A stretch of DNA of 63,454 bases, filler included, from Octopus bimaculoides (Eukaryota), in the NCBI RefSeq assembly GCF_001194135.2. It is 4 parts of 4 records of this genome, joined end to end, with 100 filler letters (N's around TTAATTAATTAA, not from the genome) between each part and the next. Parts side by side here need not be neighbours in the genome. Positions count along the whole stretch, not along the records: positions 1 to 31,123 come from NC_069003.1; 3 more parts are not named here. One strand, given 5' to 3'. Positions 13,233 through 25,190 of this stretch are shown here, in pieces. The notes under the pieces were generated by a model. It worked only from the letters and a program-made list of their open reading frames with translations, made no database searches and was not told where the DNA came from. The position numbers were made by a program, and so were the translations under genes. Every line of letters begins with the position of its first letter. Positions within the stretch are counted from its first letter, which is position 1.

Positions 13233-13440
13233 CCCTTTAGCATTTAAACCGGCCATATATTCTATCTGTTCTATGTTCAACCTGGCCGGATCTGGCTTTG
13301 CACTTATCCTACTATGTCATTCTAAGAATAAGCAACTACATCCTCCAAATTTTAATGCTACGATGTCTTTGCATGATTAATTCAAAACAATTTGATTACA
13401 TAAGCATTACATTTGGCAGAATAATCTGAATACTAAAGGG
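13233..13440 (+). mobile_element. piggyBac-type MITE family 1
   Basis: TTAA|CCCTTTAGCATT ... AATACTAAAGGG|TTAA. Confidence 0.85.
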
Positions 13441-13849
13441 TTAAACATTTTTTAATGTAATGATACTTCTATAAACAACCTACAAATGAGAGAATTTGCA
13501 GAAAAGCTTCCAATAGGTTCGGTTGCTGTGAGGTGACGTGAGAGAAAAACATTTTGAGCTGTTGGCCTTCATGTGAGAGAGAGAGAGTAAAAGGAAGTAT
13601 CAAAATGGTAATATCTAGCATCCAAACAAACAGATGTTCTGTCAGCAACAACTTAATACTTTGGTCTATAAGTTTGTGAATGATGTCAACCACCAACAGA
13701 GAACTTCACTTTCTTCAAGGATATTGGATGTTACTCTATTTCTGCTAATTTTTCTAACATCTCAACTGACTTTCATAAAGTTTCTCTTGAATCTTATTTG
13801 CCCTTTGGGGATTAAACTAGACATTTTCTCCCCTCTAAATTATATTTAT

Positions 13850-14265
13850 CCCTTTTGTTACCCTATTTCTACTGAAATATACTGACTTTGTTTCAATTAA
13901 TTTTGAAAATAATGAAGAATTTCGTAAAATAATTTCACCATTATTAACCCTTTTAGCATTCAGATTACTGACAAATGTAATATTTATTCACATTGTTTTG
14001 AATTAATCATGTATTATATCTCATAGCTTATTTTTTAGAATGACATTGTAGAACAGGTGTGAGAGGCCAAATCTAGTGGGTTTTGAAAACAAAACAGGTT
14101 GAATATATTTGGGCTGGATATGGCCAGTTTAAATGCTAATAGGTTAAGCTGGTGTTTGAAACAAATTAGAATGAAACTTTGATGGAAGGTTTTCATTTCG
14201 ATAATTTTAAAATGGAGTTTGTCACAAAGCCAAAGGTGGTCTCAGACGTGTTGATATGAAAAGGA
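13850..14265 (-). mobile_element. MITE family 2 with a family-1 MITE (13948-14143) nested in its internal TTAA
   Basis: TTAA duplicated at 13944-13947 and 14144-14147. Removing the insert restores attattaagctggtg, as in the 8538 copy. Confidence 0.75.
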
Positions 14266-14564
14266 AGTTATGGATCCTTTGTTCTTTCAAATACAAACAG
14301 CCACGAAATCATGTTCAAAAGAACAATGGAAATTATTGCCTTATTTGGAAACAGGTGAACGTTAGAAACAAGAGCATTCAGCTGTATAGAAAACTTGATG
14401 ATTTATGCCTTTCAAGCATAAAAGGTTATGTTTAAACAATGTGGATGATACAATGATCTGGTTTCAAATTATTTGTTACAGATATATTGAAAATATTGTC
14501 AGACAAATCAAAGTGAAGTTTCAAAAATTTAATATCAATTTTCATGACCATCATTCAGTTTTAA

Positions 14565-15116
14565 CCCTTTAGCATTTAAACCAGCCACCATAGTCGTTTA
14601 AAGTCCGCTTTCCATGCTGGCATGGGTTGGACGATTTGACTGAGGACTGGTGAAACCAGATGGCTTCACCAGGCTCCAATCTGATTTGGCAGAGTTTCTA
14701 CAGCTGGATGCCCTTCCTAACGCCAACTACTCAGAGAGTGTAGTGGGTGCTTTTACGTGCCACCCGCACGAAGGCCAGTCAGGCGGTACTGGCAACGGCC
14801 ACGCTCAAAATGGTGTATTTTATGTGCCACCCGCACAAGAGCCCGTCCAGGGGCACTGGCAACGATCTCGCTTGAAAGTCCTTAGACATGCCGCGGGTGC
14901 AAGTGCCAGAAAGGCGATGCTGGGCACAGGTGCCATCACAATAGCTCAAATGTTCTTGTGTTATGCTCAAGCCAGCCAGATCTGGCTTCTCACACCAACT
15001 ATGCTATTTTAAAAATAACATCAAAATCCCAAAGTTATAAGATAATGCATGGTTAATCTAAAACAATGTGAATAAATAAGCATTACATTTGATGGAAAAA
15101 TCTCCATGATAAAGGA
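14565..15116 (+). mobile_element. MITE family 1 interrupted by an RTE-tail repeat (about 14588-14945, minus)
   Basis: Left TIR at 14565. The MITE body resumes near 14945 and ends ...ataaagga|TTAA at 15117. Confidence 0.7.
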
Positions 15117-15138
15117 TTAAAGAATGATTAAAGATGAA

Positions 15139-15347
15139 CCCTTTAGCATTTAATCCAGCCATTTCCAGCCCAAATATTCTACCTCTATTTTCAAATTGGC
15201 CAGATCCTACCTTATCACACCTACCTACAATGTCATTTTGAAAATATACAATCACATCATCAAGATCTCCAACAAGACAGTAAATGATTAATTGAAAACA
15301 ATAGTAATAGACATTACATTTCACAGAATAATGTGAATGCTAAAGGG
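15139..15347 (+). mobile_element. piggyBac-type MITE family 1
   Basis: CCCTTTAGCATT ... AATGCTAAAGGG|TTAA. Confidence 0.8.
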
Positions 15348-16022
15348 TTAAACAGAGTAGAGCCAACATAACTATTTGAGGAGGTAGATCTAAAACTGAA
15401 GTGTATATGAAACACATCACACTTTACTCTCCAGAATTTTTAGCCCTAAGACTAAGAATATACATTATACATGAGAAATGGTGACCCTGCCGGTGCCGCG
15501 TAAGTATCCAGTCCACACTGTAAAGTAGCTGGCATTTGGCTGTAAAACCATGCCAAAACTGACCACTTGTGCTGGTGTCATATAAAAAGCATAATCCACT
15601 CTAAAGGATCGTTGGTGTTAGGAAGGGCACCCAGCCATAAAAACCATGAGAAAACAAACACAGTAGCCTGGTATCGTCTTCTATCTGGCCAGCTCCAACC
15701 CATGCCAGCATGGAAGACAGGCGTTAAAGGATGATGAAATATGACCTAATTTTCTAGTTCCAAGAAAATTGGCCATATTCAAGATGGCAGAAGTTATACA
15801 TGTTATCCATTCTAACTGATGTGTCGTAAAGAATTTAAATTATTATAATGGTACATCTATGAAATTCATAACAAACAACGTTTCTACGTGTGTCCACATC
15901 AAATTATATCAATCAACATTGTTTACCACTTGACTGGCATCAAAATAATTCAGGTCAAATAAAACCAAAATGGAAAACAAAAACAGGAGGTATTTCGTTT
16001 CCATTTATATGCCATTGCATAC

Positions 16023-16055
16023 CTTAGCTTCTGTATATACAAAAGGCACAGGCAT
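16023..16055 (-). CDS. pum: Candidate first coding exon of Pumilio: MPVPFVYTEAK
   Basis: ATG at 16055, two nt after an acceptor (ttcttaaacacag|AG ATG). Donor AAG|gtatgc at 16022, phase 0. The joined N-terminus MPVPFVYTEAKVMRY loosely resembles vertebrate PUM1 MSVACVLKRKAVLW. Confidence 0.55.
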
Positions 16056-16543
16056 CTCTGTGTTTAAGAAGCTAACTTTGCAACCACGATTACAGGTCCA
16101 GCCCTACACTTTATCTTGGATAAGTACTTTTCTTCTATAATACCAAGCCAGCCAATTCTTTTAGAGAATTGGCAGAGTATGGTGGTTTCTCTCTTACACA
16201 CACACACACACACACGCATGTGAATGTGTATGTGAAAATGTTCACATTCCACAGATTCACTTGTTATCTGAGTAAAAAACACTGATATAATGCTTACATT
16301 CTTTGATATTATGACCAGTCACTTTGTGCTTTTGAACACCAGGAATATAAAAAGAAATCCTTTACTTCAAAAAGAGCTTATGCTAGACAACAGAAAGGGT
16401 ACTCAGTTACAATACTCTGCCTTAAATAGACCTCATTCAATGCTCACATGAAAAAAAAATGAGCACTTTTACCAGGACATATTCGTGTTAAAAATCTGCT
16501 TCAATTACTCACAATAACATAACACCAACTCAAATATTATGTA

Positions 16544-16597
<54 letters not shown>

Positions 16598-16603
<6 letters not shown>

Positions 16604-16806
16604 TTGTGCCCCCTTCCCATCACTTGACAACCGATGGTGGTGTGTTTACGTCCCTGTAACTTAGCAGTTCGACAAAAAGAGACCGATAGAATAAGTACTA
16701 GGTTTACAAAGAATAAGTCCTGGGGTCGATTTGCTCGACTATAAAGGCGGTGCTCCAGCATGGCCGCAGTCAAATGATTGAAACAAGTAAAAGAGTAAAG
16801 AGAGTA
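16598..16806 (+). mobile_element. 3' half of SINE family B following a (TG)n tract
   Basis: cacttgacaaccgatggtggtgtgtttacgtcc...ggggtcgatttgctcgact...gaaacaagtaaaagag. Confidence 0.85.
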
Positions 16807-17094
16807 GTCGTGTGGTTATATTTGTTAAAAAAAAAAACATGGTCATCAATCTTAAATTCAGATATTACAGTCACTGTGTTGTGTACTTGAGCAGGCATTC
16901 ACGTAAATGCTTGCTCTACTTTGCCCGACAAATAAAAACCAGACCACTCCTGGTAATATGTACTTTTTATAGTAGAGTGTTTAATAAACAGCCAGGGCAG
17001 CAAGCCATCTGTAAAAACTATCGCTTCAAAGGGAAAAAAAACAAAAACAAAAGCAAATTATCTCTTCTTGTGCATGTTGTGTACTATGTAAGAC

Positions 17095-17421
17095 GTTGGC
17101 ACTCCATCGCTTACGACATCGAGGGTTCCAGTTGATCTGATCAACGGAACAGCCTGCTCGGGAAATTAACGTGCAAGTGGTTGAGCACACCACAGACACG
17201 TGTACCCTTAACGTAGTTCTCGGAGATATTCAGCGTGCCATGGTGTGTGACAAAGCTGACCCTTTGAATTACAGGTACAACAGAAACAGGAAGTAAGAGT
17301 GAGAGAAAGTTGTGGTGAAAGAGCACAGCAGGGTTCGCCACCATCCACTGCTGGAGCCGCATGGAGCTTTAGGTGTTTTCGCTCAATAAACACTCAACGC
17401 CCGGTCTGGGAATCGAAACCA
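17095..17421 (-). mobile_element. SINE family D, head cut by an assembly gap
   Basis: Reverse complement of the 56144-56529 copy at high identity. Confidence 0.85.
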
Positions 17422-18328
17422 CNNNNNNNNNNNNNNNNNNNNNNNNNNNNNNNNNNNNNNNNNNNNNNNNNNNNNNNNNNNNNNNNNNNNNNNNNNNNNN
17501 NNNNNNNNNNNNNNNNNNNNNNNNNNNNNNNNNNNNNNNNNNNNNNNNNNNNNNNNNNNNNNNNNNNNNNNNNNNNNNNNNNNNNNNNNNNNNNNNNNNN
17601 NNNNNNNNNNNNNNNNNNNNNNNNNNNNNNNNNNNNNNNNNNNNNNNNNNNNNNNNNNNNNNNNNNNNNNNNNNNNNNNNNNNNNNNNNNNNNNNNNNNN
17701 NNNNNNNNNNNNNNNNNNNNNNNNNNNNNNNNNNNNNNNNNNNNNNNNNNNNNNNNNNNNNNNNNNNNNNNNNNNNNNNNNNNNGTTGATTAAGCGGTGT
17801 AAAGCGTATTTAATTTCCATAGCTTCGTTTTGCTTTTTTCTTTTTAAATTTGCTGTTTTACCCTAACCCTAACACCGATAGAATTGTTTCAGAATCGTTT
17901 GTTTATGTAGTCGGCACTTAATGTATATCGGCTGAATGGACGTCAGTGATTGGTTGAAATTACAGAAATACGACAACTTTAACATGGAATAACTTGAGGA
18001 TTTCTTTTTTTTTTAAGAAGACTAAGAGAAAAAGATGTTTTATATGACACATTCTACCAGTGTTCCAAGTTTCAAAGTGTTTCGTTAATGAAAAATGTGG
18101 CCCCCGTTTTAAAAAAGATCAGTAAATTGTTCTAATCACACCGAATTCAGACCATCATCATTCATTAGAGTATAATTACTAACAATTTTATAATTAAGCA
18201 TGCTGTATGTAGTTGCACAATTGAGGAAAAAAAGCTGAAACCTATTTTATTACAAAAGGAAGATGTTGAAACTTAGAAACTTAACTCCTCTCTTATATTT
18301 CTGTTGAAAGACAATGCCTTTGTTTGAA

Positions 18329-18642
18329 TTAATCCTTTAGCATTCATATTTCTCCATCAAATACAATGCTTATTTATTGATATTGTTTGCAATTAAACAT
18401 GCATTATCTTGTAGCTTTCAGGTTTCAATGATGTGATTATACCCATTAGCATTTAAACAGCCCAAAGATCCTGTTTCTCATGTCCACTATGTCATTCCAA
18501 AAAAATGATGCACGATTACTTCATAACAATGTGAATAAACAAGCATTACATTTGACAGAGTAATATGAATGTTGAATTAAAACAAAGTTTGCATCATAGA
18601 ATCCAAGGCAGTCTTGTGCATGTTGGTATCAACAGGGTTAAA
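18329..18642. mobile_element. Nested, decayed MITE family 1/2 fragments
   Basis: ttaatcctttagcattca...; inner tacccattagcatttaaac...; ends ggtatcaacagggttaa. Confidence 0.5.
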
Positions 18643-18764
18643 TTAACATTTAGCAAACTTTGTAGCTTAAATCCTGATTTATTAAATTACATACTGGAAA
18701 TTGTTCTTAGCTGCACACATTATATATATATATATATATATATACATACACACACACACACACA

Positions 18765-18928
18765 CAAAATTAAGAGGAATGACCACCAAAAGTGGACTCC
18801 TATATGCTAGAAATAGATACCATATAGCATATAGGAGTCCACTTTATAGCATATAGGAGTCCACTTTATAGCATATAGGAGTCTAGCATATATGAGTCCA
18901 CTTTTGGTGGTCATTCCTCTTAATTTTG
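18765..18928. repeat. Foldback palindrome: 46-bp arms (45/46 identical) around 22-bp tandem repeats
   Basis: caaaattaagaggaatgaccaccaaaagtggactcctatatgctag (18765-18810) is inverted at 18883-18928. The spacer carries tagcatataggagtccacttta x2.6. Confidence 0.9.
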
Positions 18929-19024
18929 TATGTAATATAATTTTAATCTTCGGATTTTTTAAATATGCTAGGCCACTGGTTTTAATTGATTAATATCAAT
19001 TTCTACCCCCATTATTAAATTATA

Positions 19025-19065
<41 letters not shown>

Positions 19066-19109
19066 AGAGAGAGAGAGAGAGAGAAAGAGATAAAGAGAGA
19101 AAGAGATAA

Positions 19110-19140
<31 letters not shown>

Positions 19141-20042
19141 CCGCTTGGTAATGATACCGAGAATGTAATATCCTAATATTGTAGCAACTGTTTTTACTGT
19201 GACACCTAACTACTTTGCGAGGAATCTAAGTACAAGACCATCTTTCAGCAATACAATAGTGCTAAATAGTAATTCCTCAGCATGTTCGTACATTTGTGTA
19301 TGTGCAGACTGCTCTTATCCCATCTGTTTTGGTTTCTTAATTTAGACAAGACAAGACAGAATCTCAGACATGTAGAGATTTTATATTCAGTGAAAATTGA
19401 TAGAGTTACATAGTCTAACACAAATCAAAATCTGCATAAATAAACCACTCTGTAAATATATACTTTAAACTTTGAAATTTATTCAGTTCTTTGTTCATGT
19501 AATAAGATTAATGTCAATATACTAAAAGATCACATTTTACAATCATTGAAAATAAGTACTAGTAATAATTAGCAGTATTATTTTATCAATACCAGACATC
19601 ATAAAGGTTAAACTTTGGTGCTAAAACAAGTAACTTCTAGACTGCCATTCCACTTGCTAGAAACACCAACCAAATCCCCCTCAAACCACTGTAGCAAACT
19701 CATATGAGGCGGAGAGAGAACGTAAGTCCGTTTGCCTGAACATGAGAAATTATGGATTTCTCATTGGTTGAAAATTACTGTCCATATACGAATTCTGAAC
19801 TTCGTTGAAGAAGTTTTTCACGTGGATTCGTGTATGAACAGTTATATAAACCCTAATTTTCGGCAAACTCTCCAGTGATCGTTGGGTTGACACTCAAATA
19901 AAGATGTAACTGGAAGAGCATCCAACTGTAAAAATTCTGTCTCAATAAACTGCCTGACCCATTCAAGAATGGAATTTAAATCTGGTTTTAGTGCGAATCT
20001 TGTAATTAATTATGTGGCTTCACTCGATTAACAATTGCTTAA

Positions 20043-20258
20043 CCCTTTAGCATTCAGATTACTCTACCAAAGCAATATTTATCTATTTACATTATTTTGA
20101 ATTAATCATTATCTTGTAGTTTTGAGATTTTGATGATGTGATTGGTTATTTTTATAATGATATTGTAGGATAGGTCTATAAAGGCCAGATTTTGTCAGTT
20201 TGAACATAAAACAGGTAGAATATTTGGGCTGGATATGGTCAGTTTGAATGCTAAAGGG
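20043..20258 (-). mobile_element. piggyBac-type MITE family 1
   Basis: TTAA|CCCTTTAGCATTCAGA ... AATGCTAAAGGG. Confidence 0.8.
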
Positions 20259-21084
20259 TCAAAAGTGTCTAACATTCTTTGGCCTGATGATATTTGTACA
20301 AACCAATTCTTTCATTATTTTCATATTGTAATGATAACAATGCCATTAAGTTACCTTACAACTGGGGGNNNNNNNNNNNNNNNNNNNNGGGGGGGGGGTT
20401 GAATGTATAGCAGTTTCATATTCACTAGTAGCGATTGACAAACAATTTTAAACAGCAGAAAAATAAAATGAACCACATACATGATGAAAAGTATTTTCAG
20501 ATGTGAAAGAATCAAGTCTGACAATGACACCAATATTTATAACGAAGGTGATGAGTTTCCACCAGAAACGGGATGGAATAAGGATTTTAAAAAATAGTTT
20601 TTTAAAGATTTTGTCAGAAGAGACATGACTCCATTAGAGCCTTTCCAATAAATCAAAATCTAAATATTTATATGGAATATAAAAAGAGGGGAAAAAAAAT
20701 TTGTTTTCCTTTGTGTGCGTATGTAGATATTCGTCTGTTGAAATGACCACATTCTCAGTGTCACCAACTCGCATACAACGAAAACTAAGTGTATATCATT
20801 AAAATTATATATTCATGTATAAATATACTTATTTCAATTTATATAAATATACATATATAAGTATATTTATTTTACTTTATTCAGTAACTGGACAGCGGCC
20901 ATGATGGTGCACCGTCTTGAATGGTTAAGTTCATCAAATCGACCCCAGTACTTCCTTTTTCTTAAGCCTGACACTATCGGAGGCACTTGCTCCCGATAAC
21001 AAAACGACACCGGTCTTCAAGGAGTATTGTTATATATACACACACGAACCAATACACGACATATATCTGTATAAATACACACAC

Positions 21085-21121
<37 letters not shown>

Positions 21122-21461
21122 AATATATATTATACACATATGTTATACACACGCTCACAGACACGCACATAGCTATATAGTAAAAGACATGGGATTGAAC
21201 TCGAACTTTCGCAGCTGCACAGCGAAGATATTGCGCACACAGCCGTGCCTACTAATGCATAAATAATCGTTTTGGCTTTCAGTTACATTTCTTTTCCTTT
21301 TTTTGAGGGTGGGGGTGAATTCCAATACATTTGAATACGTAATGTTGAGACATATGGTGAATAGACAGGCACACATACGCATATATACACGTGCATAGAC
21401 GCACACATATATACTCACTATACACACATACGCATATAGGTCATATATGTATATATATGCA

Positions 21462-21542
21462 CACAAATATATGTGCATATATATACACACAAAAATATGT
21501 GCATATATATATATATACACATATACACACAAAAATATGTGC

Positions 21543-21573
<31 letters not shown>

Positions 21574-21620
21574 AAAATATGTGCATATATATATATATAT
21601 ACAAAAATATATATGCATAC
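21462..21620. repeat. Minisatellite: cacaaaaatatgtgc(at)n units
   Basis: About four units of CACAAAAATATGTGC separated by (AT)n of varying length. Confidence 0.8.
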
Positions 21621-21679
21621 AGTACTTACAACCATGTATACATACACACATCAGTAAGTATACATATAGATATATATTT

Positions 21680-21755
<76 letters not shown>

Positions 21756-21838
21756 GTACATACATACATTATTGTATATGTGTATACACAGACAAATTTT
21801 AGACTAAATTCTTAGAGGAAATTCGCTATGAACAATAA

Positions 21839-22047
21839 CAATAATCCCTCGCTATATCGCAGTTCAGCTATCGCGATTTATCATTTAAGCGTACGTAGAT
21901 TCCTCTGTAGTGTAGTATTGCATTTATAATAAAATATATATACAAATTACAAAAAAAATATACAGTACAGTACTGTTTCTACTTCATGAATTTTCACCTA
22001 TCGGAGGGTTTTGGAATGTAACACCTGCAGTACTCGAGGGATTACTA
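21839..22047. mobile_element. Tigger/pogo-like (Tc1/mariner) MITE
   Basis: Imperfect TIRs CAATAATCCCTCG ... CGAGGGATTACTA, about 210 bp. Confidence 0.6.
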
Positions 22048-22498
22048 CACAGGTATTAGGAAGTTGCCCAGGGTCACAAACTACTGAAGTATGGAACCTT
22101 TCAGCTGTCTGCGTTTTTCCTAGTTTGACACAAGGTTTTCAAAATTATATCAATACTTGCACATACAAAAAAAAAATAAGCATCACAGGAAATGGTGATT
22201 CTTATTTAATGCAAGTCCATTCCTCAACAACAATGTAAAATAAAAAAAAATATATATATATATATATTACAAACCAGGAAGATGGCTATCAACTGATGAA
22301 GACAATAATATATAAAGGACTAATGCATTTCCTACAGTATATGCTAGGCAAACCTAAAACTGAAGGAATCAAAGTTTGCAAGGCAAGCACTAGGTACTGA
22401 TATGAATCTAAATTTTATACAGGGTAAAGAAAAAAAACATGATGCTGGCCTAGGATATGATGTGGCCTGGAAATTATCACTTCCATACCATAACCAAG

Positions 22499-22541
<43 letters not shown>

Positions 22542-22989
22542 TTTCTCAGTTTTTTAGTTCAGCCACAAGTAATTGTAAAGAAAAGAAAATTGAAACACAT
22601 GAAACATGGTTAGAAACAATAATGGAAGGATTAAAGTGCAAAATATTTCTACAATTTTAGTTATATGCTCCTAATTTTCTCATTTAAGATTTCTTCAGGT
22701 CTTTATACAGACAATGTTAGTATGTTCTCACTTTTATTTCCAAATTTTGCTTCATAGTTAATTTTGTTTATGAAATGTTTAAAAACTTGCTCAAAATTCT
22801 GAGAAATTAATAAAAACATGTGAATCCTTACAAAGTATAAAATACTGAAAAACCTTTTTTTTAAAGAAGGATTACTAAATATTGCTGGCAGCCCTTTTAT
22901 CAATTACTTTATCACAATATCCACAACTTCCAGTTATATGTAATATATTGCTGTTAATAGAAAGTGACAGAAAAAGTCAATATGGTCAT

Positions 22990-23455
22990 GGAGAACAGAG
23001 TTTCTGAAATTTGGGGACTGAACTCCTCTTCAGGGTTGAGACAACCCTCAAGGAACAAGACAGCCATGTTTTATAGTTGGGTGACCGGCTGCAAATGATA
23101 GGGAACACAAAACATTCACATGTACACTAGAAGTAGTAGTAGTAGTAGTAGTAGGAGTAGGAGTAGAGGAACTAAGTGGTAGAGGGAGAAGGAAAGAAAA
23201 AGGTAAGGGTGAAGTAGGGGGGAAAAAATTGAGGAGTGCAGATATTCTAGAATGCCAGACATTGATAAATGGATAATGGGGTGGCTTGTATCAAAATGGG
23301 TGGCAACGGGTTGGCCTAGCACAGCACAGTATTGTGTGTTGGTGAAAGCAATCAGCAAGGCAACGACCTGTTTCACCTATGTAAAGGGCACAACAATATT
23401 TGTAGATAATGCAGTATAAGATTTAGCAGATATGCAGTAGACTGTTTTGTGCGTT
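22990..23455 (-). mobile_element. Penelope-like element 3' remnant: GIY-YIG endonuclease + pyrimidine-rich UTR + degenerate hammerhead
   Basis: Minus strand with frameshifts: VYCIS...CALYIGETGRCLADCFHQH...QPVATHFDTSH..IHLSMSGIL, matching the PLE GIY-YIG consensus YIGETGRxLxxRxxEH...PVAxHF. CTGAAGA at 23033-23027 and GAAAC at 23004-23000. Confidence 0.75.
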
Positions 23456-23625
23456 GTGGGTTTAGATAAACATTTTCCTTTACTTTTCCACCCCACTCCC
23501 ACCCAATAATCCTAGTTTTAGTCTTTAGTTCTTTCACCTCATCTTCACCAATTTTTCTTCTTTATTTCTCATTCCTTCCCCTTTAATCACTTCCTCTCCC
23601 CTATTTATTACCCATCTACATAGAC

Positions 23626-24019
23626 CAGTTGTCAACCATTTTTTTTTAATTCATGGACCCCCTATGATTCCTATCTTGCCCAAATGGACCCTCATAGCCA
23701 TTCAATGTTTAAAAAATCTTATTATCATCCTCATTGTTTATAACATCCGCTTTCCATGCTAGCATGGGTTGGACGATTTGACGAAGGACTGGTGAACCAG
23801 GTGGCTACACCAGGCTCCAATCTGATTTGGCAGAGTTTCTATAGCTGAATCAGATTAAAGCCTATTATATTTTCATAATATTAAGAATTGATTAAAAAAA
23901 ATTGTTAAACTATTCTAGTGTATTGTAGAAATGTAACCAGTTTATTGCACAAATTTTAGCAATAAAATCTTACGTGGACTCCCACCAAGGGCCATATGGA
24001 GTCAGGTCGAGAACCATTG
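23626..24019. mobile_element. hAT-like MITE interrupted by an RTE-tail repeat (23727-23848)
   Basis: CAGTTGTCAACC ... GGTCGAGAACCATTG resembles the hAT/Charlie TIR CAGTGGTTCTCAACC. Confidence 0.5.
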
Positions 24020-24067
24020 ATGTAAACACTCAGGTTTTGTGTTCCTATCAGTCAACCAATTGCTTAA

Positions 24068-24269
24068 CCCTTTAGCATTTAAATCAGCTCTATCTGGTCC
24101 AAAATATTGTTTTACATTCAAACTGACTAGATCCAGCCTCTCACACCTATCCTACAATGTCATCCTAAAAATAAACAATCACATTGAAACCTTGAAGCTA
24201 CATGATAATGCAAGTCAAAAAGAAAAAAAAACACTGAGTAAATACACATTCCAGTTGAATGCTAAAGGG
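24068..24269 (+). mobile_element. piggyBac-type MITE family 1
   Basis: TTAA|CCCTTTAGCATT ... AATGCTAAAGGG|TTAA. Confidence 0.85.
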
Positions 24270-24991
24270 TTAAACAAAGAATGGAAAACTCCCCCTGTTA
24301 TCTCAACTCCAAAGAAATGACCAAAACATTGGAAACTCCACTCCAAGGAAATATTACTTTACTCCTTGTGGCTTTTTACCCAAATTAATACCAGTCTTGC
24401 CAAGGTAGACCACCACTGGTGGTTGCCCTAAATTCAGGTTTATCTGGTACTTAATAATTGAGCTAGAAACTTAAGAACAACTAACTTTAAACAGACAAAT
24501 ATAAGGTATAACGTGGCAGTCAACTTATATACATAGGTTAAATGTGTTTCAATCATCGACAATGAAATAACTGTCATAATTTAGAGAAAATATAAATATT
24601 CTCATGTCAATTAGAGTAAGAGATAGAAATAATTGCCTGACAAGGACAGACATTTGAAGTGTAGTATTTAGATAGCTTTGTTAAAATGAAGCTAATTGCA
24701 GTAATATTAATATATTTATCCAAGTAAATTGTTCTTTAAAAATAAGAATGGGATGGTATTATTTTACGAGACATATTTTCTGCTTTTTGCTTCATTCGGT
24801 CTGTCGTTTAACTGCAGCCTTGCAGGAGCGCTCTCTAAAAGGGTTTTGTTGAACACACCATTCCCAATATCAAGCAACAGTGGGAAACAACACAAACGCA
24901 CAATGAACTCCCATGTAGTTTCCACCAACCGGAACTGCAGTAGAAGACATTTACCCAAAGAGCTGTGCAGAGGTACAAATCCCAACAGAAA

Positions 24992-25190
24992 TCATCATCA
25001 TCATCGTTTAACGTCCGCGTTCCATGCTAGCATGGGTTGGACGATTTGACTGAGGACTGGTGAAACCAGATGGCTACACCAGGCTCCATTCTGTTTTAGC
25101 AGAGTTTCTACAGCTGGATGCCCTTAAGGCCAGTCAGGCGGCACTGGCAACAGCCACGCTCAAAATGGTGTATTTTATGTGCCACCCGCA
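24992..25190 (-). mobile_element. RTE 3'-tail repeat ((GAT)n-tailed); further copies at 1619-1835, 2925-3052 (+), 4820-5185 (+), 15485-15736 (+), 30979-31123, 58314-58485
   Basis: catcatcgtttaacgtccgc-ttccatgctagcatgggttggacg..., the same sequence as the 3' UTR of the RTE fragment at 232-899. These are truncated LINE ends or an RTE-partner SINE. Confidence 0.85.

Noticed and set aside
14650-15012. ORFs starting MKPDG(F/Y)TRL (also 25060, 58383, 272)
   Set aside because: They are antisense readings of the RTE 3'-tail repeat, recurring because the repeat recurs.
1-16055. Pumilio response elements (TGTANATA) suggesting autoregulation
   Set aside because: The motif is generated trivially by (TA)/(TG) microsatellites, the hits are intronic, and the 3' UTR is outside the window.
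17861-17872. (CCCTAA)2 telomere-like repeat
   Set aside because: Only two units, embedded in what looks like a dispersed repeat (about 17790-18115); not a telomere or interstitial telomeric array.
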